A DNA stretch of 64,000 nt from Candidatus Zhuqueibacterota bacterium (GCA_049322915.1 JBMOPW010000003.1:32001-96000), one strand, 5' to 3'. Numbered from the stretch's first letter, positions 18,902 through 29,172 are shown. Program-made: numbers and translations. The notes: generated from the sequence alone by a model not told the origin.

Positions 18902-19282
18902 ATGATTGATTTTAAATTGGATCCGAAAAGCGGCGTTCCTTTTTATCGCCAGATCATCGACCAGATTCGCTTTGGGATTGCCACCGGCAGTCTCACCGTG
19001 GGCGAGCAGTTGCCCACCTCGCGGGCGCTGGCAGTGCAATTGAAAGTGAATTTGAACACAGTGACAAAGGCATACAAGGAACTGGAAATCCAGAAGATTT
19101 TGGAGACGCAACAGGGCACAGGCACATTCATTGGCTCTGTCAAAATTCAAATCGCCGCCAAAGAGCGCCAGGGAAAATTGGAAAGTATCTGCGCCGAATT
19201 TTCAAATATAGCATCCAGCTATGGTTTCAGCATCGATGAGCTAATTGACCAATTAAATAAAAGTAAAGGAGTGCAAAAATGA
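18902..19282 (+). CDS. GntR-family (YtrA subfamily) regulator
   Basis: PFYRQII...GEQLPTSRALA...VNLNTVTKAYKELE...GTGTF; short C-terminus. Confidence 0.88.
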   Translation: MIDFKLDPKSGVPFYRQIIDQIRFGIATGSLTVGEQLPTSRALAVQLKVNLNTVTKAYKELEIQKILETQQGTGTFIGSVKIQIAAKERQGKLESICAEFSNIASSYGFSIDELIDQLNKSKGVQK

Positions 19283-20163
19283 ATCTCAGTATTCAGCAAA
19301 AAAACATGTTCAATCCAATCGCATTGACCATTTTTAGCCTCGTCATTCTGATCGATGCCCTTCTCGTTGTGTTCGATATCATCTCGCTCCCGGTCAGCTT
19401 TGCCGGGGTTGTGTTAGCCTCTTTTTTAGCAGCAACCATTAAAATCGCTGACCAATGGGAAAAGGCCGTGGTGTTGCGCATGGGTAAGTTCATTGGTTTG
19501 AGGGGGCCCGGGCCGTTTTTCATCATCCCAATTCTCGACCGCGTGGATAATTACATTGACCAGCGCGTGCGAGTCACCGATTTTAAAGCAGAGGAGACGC
19601 TGACCAAAGATACCGTGCCGGTGAATGTTGATGCTGTTGTTTACTGGATGGTTTGGGATGTGGAAAAGGCGGCGCTGGAAGTTCAGGAATATACCAGCGC
19701 AGTGGCCTACATTGCTCTGACAGGCTTGCGCGACATTATCGGCAAACATGAATTGGCGGACTTGCTGCAGAATCGGGAAAAGATAGCCGAGGCATTGCAG
19801 ACCACACTCGATGAGCACACCAATCCGTGGGGAATTACCTGCCAGAATGTGGGCATCAAAGACATTGTCATCCCTGCGGCATTGGCCGATGCCATGAGTA
19901 AACAGGCTCAGGCTGAGCGGGAGCGGCAGGCCAGAATTATTCTGGGAACCGCTGAGACCGAAATCTCAGAAAAATTCAAAATCGCCAGCCAGAACTATCA
20001 GAACAATCCTGTGGCGCTTCAACTGCGCGGCATGAACATGCTCTTCGAAGGATTGAAGGAAAAAGGCTCACTGATTATCGTCCCTAGTTCGGCGCTGGAG
20101 TCCATGAATTTAGGCGCTATTGGCGGACTTTCCGCGCTGGCGAGGACAGAAGCTGAGAAGTAA
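19279..20163 (+). CDS. SPFH/band 7 stomatin-like protein
   Basis: WEKAVVLRMG, TKDTVPVNVDAV and QAQAERERQA motifs; overlaps the GntR stop codon. Confidence 0.9.
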   Translation: MNLSIQQKNMFNPIALTIFSLVILIDALLVVFDIISLPVSFAGVVLASFLAATIKIADQWEKAVVLRMGKFIGLRGPGPFFIIPILDRVDNYIDQRVRVTDFKAEETLTKDTVPVNVDAVVYWMVWDVEKAALEVQEYTSAVAYIALTGLRDIIGKHELADLLQNREKIAEALQTTLDEHTNPWGITCQNVGIKDIVIPAALADAMSKQAQAERERQARIILGTAETEISEKFKIASQNYQNNPVALQLRGMNMLFEGLKEKGSLIIVPSSALESMNLGAIGGLSALARTEAEK

Positions 20164-20206
20164 CGAGCGGCTTTCCGAGTCAATTCAGTTCTTCAATATA
20201 TGGATA

Positions 20207-20239
20207 ATCCTTGCGAAGGCCCGAAACCTTCGCAGGGAT
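20207..20239. repeat. REP-like hairpin
   Basis: atccttgcgaagg-cccgaaa-ccttcgcagggat. Confidence 0.5.
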
Positions 20240-20383
20240 CATTATGTCTCATTTGGAAAACGATTCGGTTCGAGAATATCAATGGACTCGTGCTTTCGGG
20301 CGCGGGCGTTTTTCAAAAACATCTTGCTTTTCTACTAAAAAGGATTTATCATTTATTGATTCAATACAAAGGGGAAGGGACCC

Positions 20384-20611
20384 ATGGATTCATCGAAAAT
20401 TACAGTACATTTGCCGGAAGAATTGAACCGCTTGCTCACAACCTACAGCAACGACATCGGGTGTTCCAAAGCGCGTCTCATTCACAAAATTATTTCAGCC
20501 TATTTCGCAGACATGAAAAATGTTGAGATCAGTTTTTCACCAAAGCTCGATTCATCGGATAGAAATAGCATTCTGAATAATTTCAAGAGGAAAATCGTTC
20601 ATCTGGTATGA
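20384..20611 (+). CDS. Small ribbon-helix-helix-like protein
   Basis: KITVHLPEEL...SKARLI pattern; purine-rich ribosome-binding site. Confidence 0.5.
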   Translation: MDSSKITVHLPEELNRLLTTYSNDIGCSKARLIHKIISAYFADMKNVEISFSPKLDSSDRNSILNNFKRKIVHLV

Positions 20612-20671
20612 TTCCTTAAAATTCCCCCTTGCCACTATTTTGCTCAGGAGTAATTGCGAAGGGATTGTCAA

Positions 20672-22564
20672 ATGATTAAAACGCTAAGACTCGCGCTGCT
20701 GTTCTCTTTGTTAATGGTTCCAGTGTCGCTGGCTCAACTCTCCTCCAGGTATTTCATTGATTATTCAGAAAGTGGAGAACACCTTTTCTTTCACGATGCC
20801 GGCGCCAACCATATTTTCATCGATGTGAATCCGGCGTCGCGGGACAGAGAGTCCATCTTTTTTATCTCGCGGTACGCAGATGTTGATACCGTGCACTTTT
20901 CCGTCTCAACACCATGGCCCCAGCCGCTGTATTCCTATGATAAAATCCACTGGTATCCAATCGACACCGGAAAGAACGCGGACGGGCGTTTTCATTTCCA
21001 ATTCAAATTCAGGAAAGATCATGTCTACGTCGCTCTGAACCCGCCGCCCGGTTACGAGCGTCCCGGCGCGCCGCTCGTCCAGAACCTCCCTACATTTCCT
21101 CCGTACTACACCTACGACAAGATTGTCAATTACGTGAACTCGATTGCCGGCCATCCATTCATCGAGCGGGTGATAGTGGGACAGAGCATTCAGGGTCGCG
21201 ATATTTTTATGCTCACAGTTACGGATCCCTCCATCCCGGACTCGCTGAAGAAATCGGTCTGGCTGCAATTTCGGGTACACGGCGATGAAATGGCGCAGAG
21301 TTATATTTTCGAAGGGCTGGTGAATTACCTGCTATCCGGGGATTCGGCTTCGGTTGCGCCGCAGGCATTGCAGCGCATTGTGTTCAAACTCATCCCGGTC
21401 ATCAACCCGGATGGCGTCGTGAATCGAACCCGCGGCAATTCCAATGGCGTGGACATGAATCGGATCTGGGTGGATTCCACCAATCACGAAGCTGAGGAGC
21501 CGGAAGTGCGTCTCGTGCACGACGTCCTGGACGACTGGATTTTGAATCACGGGCATAAGGTTAATTTTGCGCTCGACAAGCATGGCTGGGGCAGCGGCCA
21601 CGACGGAGGGTACCGCACTCTGGCCAGCGTGGCCGGCAATCCCTACGTTTTCGATCAAGTCACATTTCTCCGGCATTTGATCAATTACGATCCCTGGCAG
21701 CGATGGAACGATTGGACGTTCAGCGAAGGCGCCTGGGGGATGTTTCGGCTGGCCCTGTTCCGGCAGCATGGGCTGAACATCCTCACGTGGGAGACAACCA
21801 GCGGCCTTCGTTACGATGGCTCGGAGACCACCATCGACGATTTGAAGGAAGAAGGCGCGGCGTTCATCGACGCGCTGTATCGGTATTTGTTCCATGTCTA
21901 TTTCATCGATGGGAAGAAAAATGACGTCAGCGTTTACTCGCCGGGGGACTCGGTCTTCATCCGTCTCGAAGAAGCAGACGCCGCCAATCAGATCGAAAAA
22001 GACAAATGCCGCGTCATCCTCACCAGCTCGCTGAATGACACCGAGACGGTCGCGCTCAGTTTTGATCCCGGTGCACCCGGCGTGTATTACAGCCCTTCGG
22101 GGCTTCCGTTGAGCCCGACAACGCCTGTCCCGGAAGACGGCCTGTTGCAGATCGAACCGGAGAAACCCATTCGTGTCACGTACCAGGATGTGGATTTTCC
22201 CGGCGATTCGTGCAGCCAGGATATTCTCGTTTCTGCCTATTCCAGCGTCGCTCCGCGCCATGATTCGCCACTGCCCCAAGCGTTCGCGCTCTTCCAGAAT
22301 TACCCCAATCCATTCAACGGCGGAACGACGATTCAGTGTTACATTCCGGCATGGGCGCAACCCTCTCCGTTCACGCTGGCCATTTTCAATGTGCTGGGAA
22401 AAGAAGTGACGCGGCTTGCTGACCAAACCCTGGCGCCGGGGTATCACACTTTTCGCTGGGACGGCCGCGATGCCAATGGGATCAATGTCGCCAGCGGCCT
22501 CTATTTCTATTCGCTGAGCCACGCGTCCCAAACGTCGGTCAGGAAGCTGCTGCTCATCCGGTAA
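20672..22564 (+). CDS. Secreted M14 zinc carboxypeptidase with FlgD/T9SS-like C-terminal domain
   Basis: HGDE, NPDG...RGNSNGVDMNR and DKHG motifs; QNYPNPFN...WDG...SGLYFY tail. Confidence 0.82.
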   Translation: MIKTLRLALLFSLLMVPVSLAQLSSRYFIDYSESGEHLFFHDAGANHIFIDVNPASRDRESIFFISRYADVDTVHFSVSTPWPQPLYSYDKIHWYPIDTGKNADGRFHFQFKFRKDHVYVALNPPPGYERPGAPLVQNLPTFPPYYTYDKIVNYVNSIAGHPFIERVIVGQSIQGRDIFMLTVTDPSIPDSLKKSVWLQFRVHGDEMAQSYIFEGLVNYLLSGDSASVAPQALQRIVFKLIPVINPDGVVNRTRGNSNGVDMNRIWVDSTNHEAEEPEVRLVHDVLDDWILNHGHKVNFALDKHGWGSGHDGGYRTLASVAGNPYVFDQVTFLRHLINYDPWQRWNDWTFSEGAWGMFRLALFRQHGLNILTWETTSGLRYDGSETTIDDLKEEGAAFIDALYRYLFHVYFIDGKKNDVSVYSPGDSVFIRLEEADAANQIEKDKCRVILTSSLNDTETVALSFDPGAPGVYYSPSGLPLSPTTPVPEDGLLQIEPEKPIRVTYQDVDFPGDSCSQDILVSAYSSVAPRHDSPLPQAFALFQNYPNPFNGGTTIQCYIPAWAQPSPFTLAIFNVLGKEVTRLADQTLAPGYHTFRWDGRDANGINVASGLYFYSLSHASQTSVRKLLLIR

Positions 22565-22678
22565 TTCAGGGACTCGGTATTCGGCTGAAGTTCGGAGCGC
22601 TTCATTCATTCGAAATCCGATCCGCTGCACAACCGCGGCAGCAGAAATTTTCATGCCCAAAACAAGCGAGGTGGCTTC

Positions 22679-24658
22679 ATGAATTCAATTCGCTCCCGAC
22701 GAACCGTCTGCGCGGCGATGGTGATTGGTTTTTTTCTCATCCATGCCGGAATCGCCCAGGAAAAACGCTCCCTGCTCAGCAGCGCCTATCCACCGTCTGC
22801 ATTGCCCAATCTGCTGCTTCAGAAATCCGATTGGCTACCATTCCCCACTGCGGCGCAGCGCGATGTCTGGCTCAACTTGCCGGACACGTTGCGCGCGGAT
22901 TTGCTGAAGCGGGGAGAGCGGTTGTTAAATTACCAGTGGCAGGCGCTTCCGGCCACCGTCTTTTTGGAATTCTCCCGAAATGGCAATCGAAGCCATTATC
23001 AGAATTTGCGCGATCAGCGGCGTCATGCGCTGGCCGATCTGGTGCTTGCTGAATGCATCGAACGTGACGGCCGATTTTTGGACGATCTGGTGAATGGCAT
23101 CTGGACAATTTGCGAGGAAACCTACTGGGGTGTGCCAGCCCATCTCAGCATGCAGCGACGCGGCTATGGGCTGCCGGATCCCAACGAGCCAACCGTTGAT
23201 CTGTTTGTAAGCGAGACCGCAGGTCTGCTGGCCTGGACCTATTACCTGCTTCACGAGCCACTCGGGGACTATTCGCCGCTCATTCAGGAGCGGATTGAAT
23301 CAGAAATTCAGCGGAGAATTCTCACACCGTGTCTGGAGCGCGATGACTTCTGGTGGATGGGATTCAAACCGCAGCATGCTGTCAACAACTGGAATCCCTG
23401 GATCAATTCAAACTGGCTGACGTGCGCGCTCATCATCGAAAAAGATGAGCAGAGAAGGCAGCAATCCGTTGCCAAAATCATGCGGAGCCTTGATGTCTTT
23501 ATCGACAGCTACCCGGAGGATGGCGGCTGCGATGAAGGGCCGGCGTACTGGAACCGCGCAGGGGCGTCCCTGTTCGACTGCCTGGAACTCCTCCATTCCG
23601 GCAGCGCAGGCCGAATCGATATTTACGATCAACCGCTCATTCGGGCCATGGCGCGATACATCGTTCACGCGCACATCGCTGAAAATTATTTCATCAATTT
23701 CGCCGATGCCCCGGCGATTGTGAATCTTGAGGCAGACCTCACGTATCGTTTTGGCCGCCGCATTCACGACGACCAGCTTGCCGATTTCGGCGGCTATATC
23801 GCTGACTTGCAGCGAAAGCGCGGGCATGGTATTTCAGGGAGTTTGGGTCGGCAATTGCCGGCCATTTTCAATGATGAAACGCTCGCCAATGCGCTGGCAA
23901 AGCCACCGCTATTGCGGGATGTCTGGATGGAAGGCAATCAGGTGATGGCAGCGCGATCCGAGGCAGGGTCAGCTCGCGGATTGTACGTGGCGGCCCAGGG
24001 CGGGCATAACCAGGAGAGTCATAATCACAACGATGTCGGAAATTTTATTGTCTATCTCAATGGCAAACCCATGATCATCGATGTCGGCGTGGAAACATAT
24101 ACCCGGAAGACATTCAGCGACGAGCGGTATGAAATATGGACCATGCAATCCGGCTATCACAATCTGCCAACGGTCAATGGCGTCATGCAAAAAGATGGTC
24201 GCCAGTTCGCTGCCCGGGATGTCGTTTACGATGCCAATGACGACTTTGCTCAACTGACGCTGGATATTGCCGGAGCGTATCCGGAAGAAGCGGGCGTCAC
24301 GTCATGGATTCGCTCCATCCGTTTGAACCGCGGCGATAATGTCGAGATTACCGAACGCATTGAACTGAACGCGCCGTCCGCCGATGTCGTCCTGAATTTG
24401 ATGACTGTTTGCCGCGTGGAGAACAAGTCCGACGGCGCTTTGGTGTTGTGTCATCCTGATTCGCAGCCACCGAATCACAAGCTTCAGCTCCATCTTGTAT
24501 TCGATGCGGAAAAATGGACAGCCAGTTCCGAGACGATTTCCATAACAGATTCTCAGTTGCAGGCGTTCTGGGGTGACACAATTTCCCGGATTCAATTGAA
24601 GGCGAACCATGCCATCAGCCGGGAAACCGCCGTCTATCGGCTGCGGCCTGTGAATTAG
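22679..24658 (+). CDS. Heparinase II/III-family polysaccharide lyase-like protein
   Basis: NNWNPWINSN, DGGCDEGPAYW, GGHNQESHNHNDVGNF and QSGYHNLP motifs. Confidence 0.8.
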   Translation: MNSIRSRRTVCAAMVIGFFLIHAGIAQEKRSLLSSAYPPSALPNLLLQKSDWLPFPTAAQRDVWLNLPDTLRADLLKRGERLLNYQWQALPATVFLEFSRNGNRSHYQNLRDQRRHALADLVLAECIERDGRFLDDLVNGIWTICEETYWGVPAHLSMQRRGYGLPDPNEPTVDLFVSETAGLLAWTYYLLHEPLGDYSPLIQERIESEIQRRILTPCLERDDFWWMGFKPQHAVNNWNPWINSNWLTCALIIEKDEQRRQQSVAKIMRSLDVFIDSYPEDGGCDEGPAYWNRAGASLFDCLELLHSGSAGRIDIYDQPLIRAMARYIVHAHIAENYFINFADAPAIVNLEADLTYRFGRRIHDDQLADFGGYIADLQRKRGHGISGSLGRQLPAIFNDETLANALAKPPLLRDVWMEGNQVMAARSEAGSARGLYVAAQGGHNQESHNHNDVGNFIVYLNGKPMIIDVGVETYTRKTFSDERYEIWTMQSGYHNLPTVNGVMQKDGRQFAARDVVYDANDDFAQLTLDIAGAYPEEAGVTSWIRSIRLNRGDNVEITERIELNAPSADVVLNLMTVCRVENKSDGALVLCHPDSQPPNHKLQLHLVFDAEKWTASSETISITDSQLQAFWGDTISRIQLKANHAISRETAVYRLRPVN

Positions 24659-24676
24659 CCGGACGGGAGAGGCGGT

Positions 24677-26461
24677 TCATCGCGGCCGGGAAGGCTGTTT
24701 TTGTTTCAGGCAAAAATCTTCCAGACCGTTGAAAATTGCCAGCGCCAGTTTATCGAGAAACGCATCGTTCATCAGCAGCATTTCATCTTCCGGATGAGAG
24801 AGAAATGCGCCTTCCACCAAAACGATGAGCATATCGGTCTGACGGGTGACATAATAATCCGATTGGATTCTGCCAAATGGCTTCAGCCCGATTTTCAACA
24901 GACGGGGATAGATGGTCCAGGCGAGGTCCTGATTCTGGGGAATGGTGAAATAGGTGCTTGTGCCGCGCACTGCCAGCGGATCGGACGCGGCGCCGATCGA
25001 ATTGTTGTGCAGCCAACAAAAAATGTGAGCATTGCCTTGCCTGGCAATTTCCATTCGTTTGGCCAGCGTCATAGTCGTATCGACCTGCCGGGTGAGAATA
25101 ACCCGCGCTCCGGCAGAGTCCAGCAACGCCGCCAGTTTCTTTGTGTAGCGCAGGTTTACATCCTTCTCCATCAATCCGGTTGGGCCAATGGCGCCCTCTT
25201 CTTCGCCGCCGTGACCGGCGTCCAGAGCGAATGTCAAACCGGCTACAGGGCTTGCTGGCGGATCTGCTATCTTCGGCGCTTTCCGAATTTCAAGTATCAA
25301 ACGGCCCTGCTCCAGCGAAACGCGATGTCCCCATTGCTGTCTTTGTTTTAAGTCGACCCACAATTTGAACACGCCGGCGGTTGGCTGTGCCCATCGGATC
25401 ATTTTAATTGTCGTATCAAATTCCGGATATGTGATCCACTGGGAGAGCAGATACGCGCCGTAAACGGTCAATTCCAATCCGGGCGGCTCGACGGTCTGCT
25501 GCACCTGAAACGGGCATGCTGTCCGGATCTGCATGGTCAGCCGAATCCAGTCGCCAGCATAGCTTATGGATGGCAGACTGATGCTCGTGTGGGGGATCGG
25601 CGTTCCCTCCGGCAGCACTGTGACAGCGTCGCTCGGGATGTACGCATAATCGCTTTGTGACAGCCGGACTTTATAATGATTCCCGCGCGCGCTGATGATA
25701 TTGACCCGAACTCCTGCCGGCAAAAGGGACATCACGCCCAATCCAAACGGCGATGTTTTCAAATACGTGGGAATTTTTGTTTCCCCAATCATGGGGATAT
25801 TGCCGGTCATCACTGTCACCTTGGCTGTGGAAATTGCTTTCACATGGCTCCCGTCTTTGCCGCGCAATTCAAATTTGACCGGCTTGCTCAGGATTTTTTT
25901 ATCGGGTTCCAATCGAATGATGCCGCCATAAATTCCCTGCATTCCCGATGCATCTTCCGGCGGAAGTTCTATCATCGGGATATTTTTGCACAGCTTATCG
26001 ATGCTGAATTTCGCGGCGCCGCCGGGGCTTCCTTTGAAGCGCACCTCCAGCACTTCGCCTGAAAACAACGTGATGTCCTCGTCCGGCCACATCAGCTGTG
26101 TATCAATTTCCAGAGGCGTTTCCGGACTCACCGCCAACGGCGGGATTCGGTAAATGGTCACTACTTTTTCCTCGGTCCGCGATGTGTCCTTCCCCGCAAT
26201 GAGGATGGAATTCATTCCCGGCGATAAGGCGACACGCCCGACAAACGCGCCGGAAGGGAACACACGGGTGCTGTCCCCGTTAATAGTGACTCGCGCGCCG
26301 GGCTGGGTGCTGCCGGCGATTCGAATTCGGGTCACAGTGACAGAATCTCCATCGACAGGGAAAACGAGTTTAATGAGAGGTTGATTGTTCACATCCGGTT
26401 GCGCAACGATTTGTCCAATGCAAATCAGGACGGCAGCGAAGACAGTTCGCCCGTGTATCAT
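24677..26461 (-). CDS. N-acetylmuramoyl-L-alanine amidase (Amidase_3) with N-terminal Ig/SH3-like domains
   Basis: LDAGHGG...EKDVNL, TRQVD, LHNNS and LVEGAF motifs. Confidence 0.85.
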   Translation of the reverse strand: MIHGRTVFAAVLICIGQIVAQPDVNNQPLIKLVFPVDGDSVTVTRIRIAGSTQPGARVTINGDSTRVFPSGAFVGRVALSPGMNSILIAGKDTSRTEEKVVTIYRIPPLAVSPETPLEIDTQLMWPDEDITLFSGEVLEVRFKGSPGGAAKFSIDKLCKNIPMIELPPEDASGMQGIYGGIIRLEPDKKILSKPVKFELRGKDGSHVKAISTAKVTVMTGNIPMIGETKIPTYLKTSPFGLGVMSLLPAGVRVNIISARGNHYKVRLSQSDYAYIPSDAVTVLPEGTPIPHTSISLPSISYAGDWIRLTMQIRTACPFQVQQTVEPPGLELTVYGAYLLSQWITYPEFDTTIKMIRWAQPTAGVFKLWVDLKQRQQWGHRVSLEQGRLILEIRKAPKIADPPASPVAGLTFALDAGHGGEEEGAIGPTGLMEKDVNLRYTKKLAALLDSAGARVILTRQVDTTMTLAKRMEIARQGNAHIFCWLHNNSIGAASDPLAVRGTSTYFTIPQNQDLAWTIYPRLLKIGLKPFGRIQSDYYVTRQTDMLIVLVEGAFLSHPEDEMLLMNDAFLDKLALAIFNGLEDFCLKQKQPSRPR

Positions 26462-26727
26462 CTTTTTCCTCGATGGATAAAGTGAAAGTCAGGTAATTGA
26501 ATTTGTAAAGAAGATGTCTTGCAGATAGATTTCCGGTTCACATGGAAATTTCGAGTCACATGTACCCCAACCGAAAAAGAGGGAGTTTGAAATCAATGTG
26601 CCGGCGCTGAAGGCAGTCGTGTCAAAGCAGGAAAATCTCTGTTGCCTTTGAAATAAAAACTGGATGAATCAGGATAAGGCAACAGTCACCGCGCCGGCAT
26701 TTTTTATTCAGCAATAAATCAGCTATG

Positions 26728-27066
26728 TTACGCCAACCAGTATAAAATTCGACCGCATCCTTCGCAGTAGAAGACAGTGCTGTCGGTGCGACCCACGGTC
26801 GATATGGACGTCGGAAGTTTGATAAAACAGCCCAGGCAGATATTATCTTCCTGAACCGGAACGATGGCTCGTTTGTAACGTTTTTTCAGTTTCTCGTAAC
26901 TGTACAACAAGGGTTTACTGATTTTAGAGGCCAATTCATCACGAGCCTTCACGAGCTCTTCTTCGCGTTCCGCTACAAACCCAAGACGTTTCACTTCCGA
27001 AATTTCTTCGATCATCATGTCCAGGTCCTGCAACGCAACCAGCTTTTCTATATCTTTTTTTTCCAA
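26728..27066 (-). CDS. Short C4-type zinc-ribbon (zf-RING_7-like) protein
   Basis: LVALQDLD at the N-terminus; CLGCFIKLP...CEGCGRILY. Confidence 0.75.
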   Translation of the reverse strand: MEKKDIEKLVALQDLDMMIEEISEVKRLGFVAEREEELVKARDELASKISKPLLYSYEKLKKRYKRAIVPVQEDNICLGCFIKLPTSISTVGRTDSTVFYCEGCGRILYWLA

Positions 27067-27070
27067 CGTT

Positions 27071-27532
27071 CTATCCTTTCAAAAGAGTCTCGATGAACTC
27101 AGAATATGAATCCGTTGACATTAGTTTACTTCGGACTTTGGACTTGCTGAGTATTTCCACCATCTTTCCCAGAATAGGCAGATACATATTATTTTCATCC
27201 TGCGGCGGGGCGATGATCATGAAAATGAGGTGCACCGGTTTTCCATCAATGGCATCGTATTCAATGCCGGCCTCGGAACGTCCGAAGGCAATAATGATAT
27301 CTGACGCCGATGTAGTGCGACCGTGAGGGATAGCGATTCCCTTGCCGATGCCAGTGCTACCCAGCCGTTCGCGCTGATAGAGCATTTCAAGCACGATATC
27401 TTTATTTTTAAGATACTTCACATCAACAAAATGCTCGACGATTTCTTCTAACAGTTTATCCTTTGTCTTCGCTTTTAAGTTTGGCAAAAATAGGTGTTCG
27501 TCAAAATAAATCAATAAATCATCCTTATCCAT
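27071..27532 (-). CDS. PTS IIA (fructose/mannitol/Ntr-type) domain protein
   Basis: RERLGSTGIGKGIAIPHGR with the phosphorylatable His; DGKPVHLIF. Confidence 0.88.
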   Translation of the reverse strand: MDKDDLLIYFDEHLFLPNLKAKTKDKLLEEIVEHFVDVKYLKNKDIVLEMLYQRERLGSTGIGKGIAIPHGRTTSASDIIIAFGRSEAGIEYDAIDGKPVHLIFMIIAPPQDENNMYLPILGKMVEILSKSKVRSKLMSTDSYSEFIETLLKG

Positions 27533-27554
27533 TTCACCCACCTTAGTTGTACTT

Positions 27555-27809
27555 TTATACGATACTCCCGTCCTCAATTATTTTTCTCAACACAGGACGG
27601 ATATAGATATGGTTTAATTCCATTTGTCTCAGTTCGGCAGCAATGACCTTAATCTTGTTTTCCGTCGGTAGCTTCGCATTGATGATCATGATATTTTTGC
27701 CGGGCATTCGACACAGCCCGCCGGCGAAGTCGCCCTTCTCGTAGCGCAAATCAATCGAGAGGTGCTCAATCAGGTTTTCAAAACCCTCTAAAATGTTTTG
27801 TGGTTTCAT
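27555..27809 (-). CDS. Hypothetical small protein
   Basis: ATG-start ORF co-oriented in the operon; RYEKGDFAGGLC...IYIRP looks protein-like. Confidence 0.6.
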   Translation of the reverse strand: MKPQNILEGFENLIEHLSIDLRYEKGDFAGGLCRMPGKNIMIINAKLPTENKIKVIAAELRQMELNHIYIRPVLRKIIEDGSIV

Positions 27810-27985
27810 ACGGTATGACCTGTATTATACAAATGAAATTTTCTTGTGATCTCACTTCAGGAATTGATAGCAAAACATCCGGCCGCACACCGTTCGTCCG
27901 GAGTTCAGATTGGGATTTTCTGAACTCATGAAAAAAATCGCCGTACCCATTTTTCGATCACCGGCAGCACGCCAGCAATCAAACG

Positions 27986-29056
27986 CTACAAATAATCTTC
28001 CATCTGTTTTCGTTTCATGGCATCGACGAGATCTTTTACCTTCTGCGCCATATCTTTCCTGCAGATCAACAAGGCATCCCCGGCGTCCACGATGAGCAAA
28101 TCCTCCACACCGAGCGTGGCGATCATCCGGTAGGGCGAATCGATCAAACAATTGCGCGTGTCCTTGGGGAAATGATCGCCAATGATCACATTGTTGTCTT
28201 TGTCCTTGGGCGAAATTTTGTACACTTCCTCCCAGCTTCCGACATCGTTCCAGTCAAATTCGCCCTTTAATACGCACACATTATTGGAATTTTCCATCAC
28301 CCCGTAATCAATGGAGATGCTTTTAATTTGGCAGTACACTTGATTTATCACTTCTTCCTGCCGATTTGTTCCCGCGTATTTCCCAATCTCCATCAGTCCT
28401 TCATACAATTCAGGGATGGATATTTCGATTTCATTCAATATCGACTCCGCCTTCCACACGAACATCCCGCTGTTCCACAGAAAATCCCCGCTTCGGATGA
28501 AGCCGCTCGCTGTTTCGAGATCCGGTTTCTCGGCAAATGTTTTGACTTTGTAGACCGGAATGGAGTTGACCTCGTCAATCATGCCGTTATATTGGATATA
28601 ACCATAGCCGGTGGATGGATATGTGGGAATGATACCGATCGTCACCAGGCAGCCCCTGTCCTGCGCTACCAGAGAAGCAGCCGCCAGTATTTTTTGGAAT
28701 TCAGCTTCATTCTTGATCCGATGATCCGCCGGTAACACCGCCATCACCGCCTCCGGGTCGCGTTTCTGCAGAATCACTGCGGCCAGACCGATGCACGGCG
28801 CTGTATTTTTCCCCTTGGGCTCAATGATAAAATTTTCCGCTTTCAGAGCCGGCAGTTGCTTCGCCAGTTCTTCCCGCTGCGGCTCTGTTGTTACAATATA
28901 TATTTGATCGTCCGTCACCAATTTTTTCAATCGGCCAACGGTCGCCTGTATCATCGTTTGATCATCCAAAATGGACAGCATCTGTTTGGGACGTTTAAAA
29001 CGACTTCTCGGCCAAAATCTTGTTCCAACACCACCTGCCATTATTACAGCATACAT
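27986..29056 (-). CDS. manC: Mannose-1-phosphate guanylyltransferase
   Basis: IMAGGVGTRFWPRSR..PKQ, NTAPCI, WNSGMF, SIDYGVME and WNDVGSW motifs. Confidence 0.92.
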   Translation of the reverse strand: MYAVIMAGGVGTRFWPRSRFKRPKQMLSILDDQTMIQATVGRLKKLVTDDQIYIVTTEPQREELAKQLPALKAENFIIEPKGKNTAPCIGLAAVILQKRDPEAVMAVLPADHRIKNEAEFQKILAAASLVAQDRGCLVTIGIIPTYPSTGYGYIQYNGMIDEVNSIPVYKVKTFAEKPDLETASGFIRSGDFLWNSGMFVWKAESILNEIEISIPELYEGLMEIGKYAGTNRQEEVINQVYCQIKSISIDYGVMENSNNVCVLKGEFDWNDVGSWEEVYKISPKDKDNNVIIGDHFPKDTRNCLIDSPYRMIATLGVEDLLIVDAGDALLICRKDMAQKVKDLVDAMKRKQMEDYL

Positions 29057-29130
29057 TCACGTTCCTCCACTATTAACCTCAGGCGAAAACTCGTTTTAAT
29101 TAGAATACCGCCGGTCACAAATCTTTGCAT

Positions 29131-29172
29131 AAAAAAAGCCCCTGGCACCTCACAAATGGTCTGCCAACGGCT
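29131..29172 (-). terminator. Intrinsic terminator in the manC upstream region
   Basis: Minus strand reads agccgttggca...tgccaggggct followed by ttttttt. Confidence 0.55.

Noticed and set aside
21332..22660. 442-aa minus-strand ORF
   Set aside because: Antisense shadow of the M14 peptidase gene.
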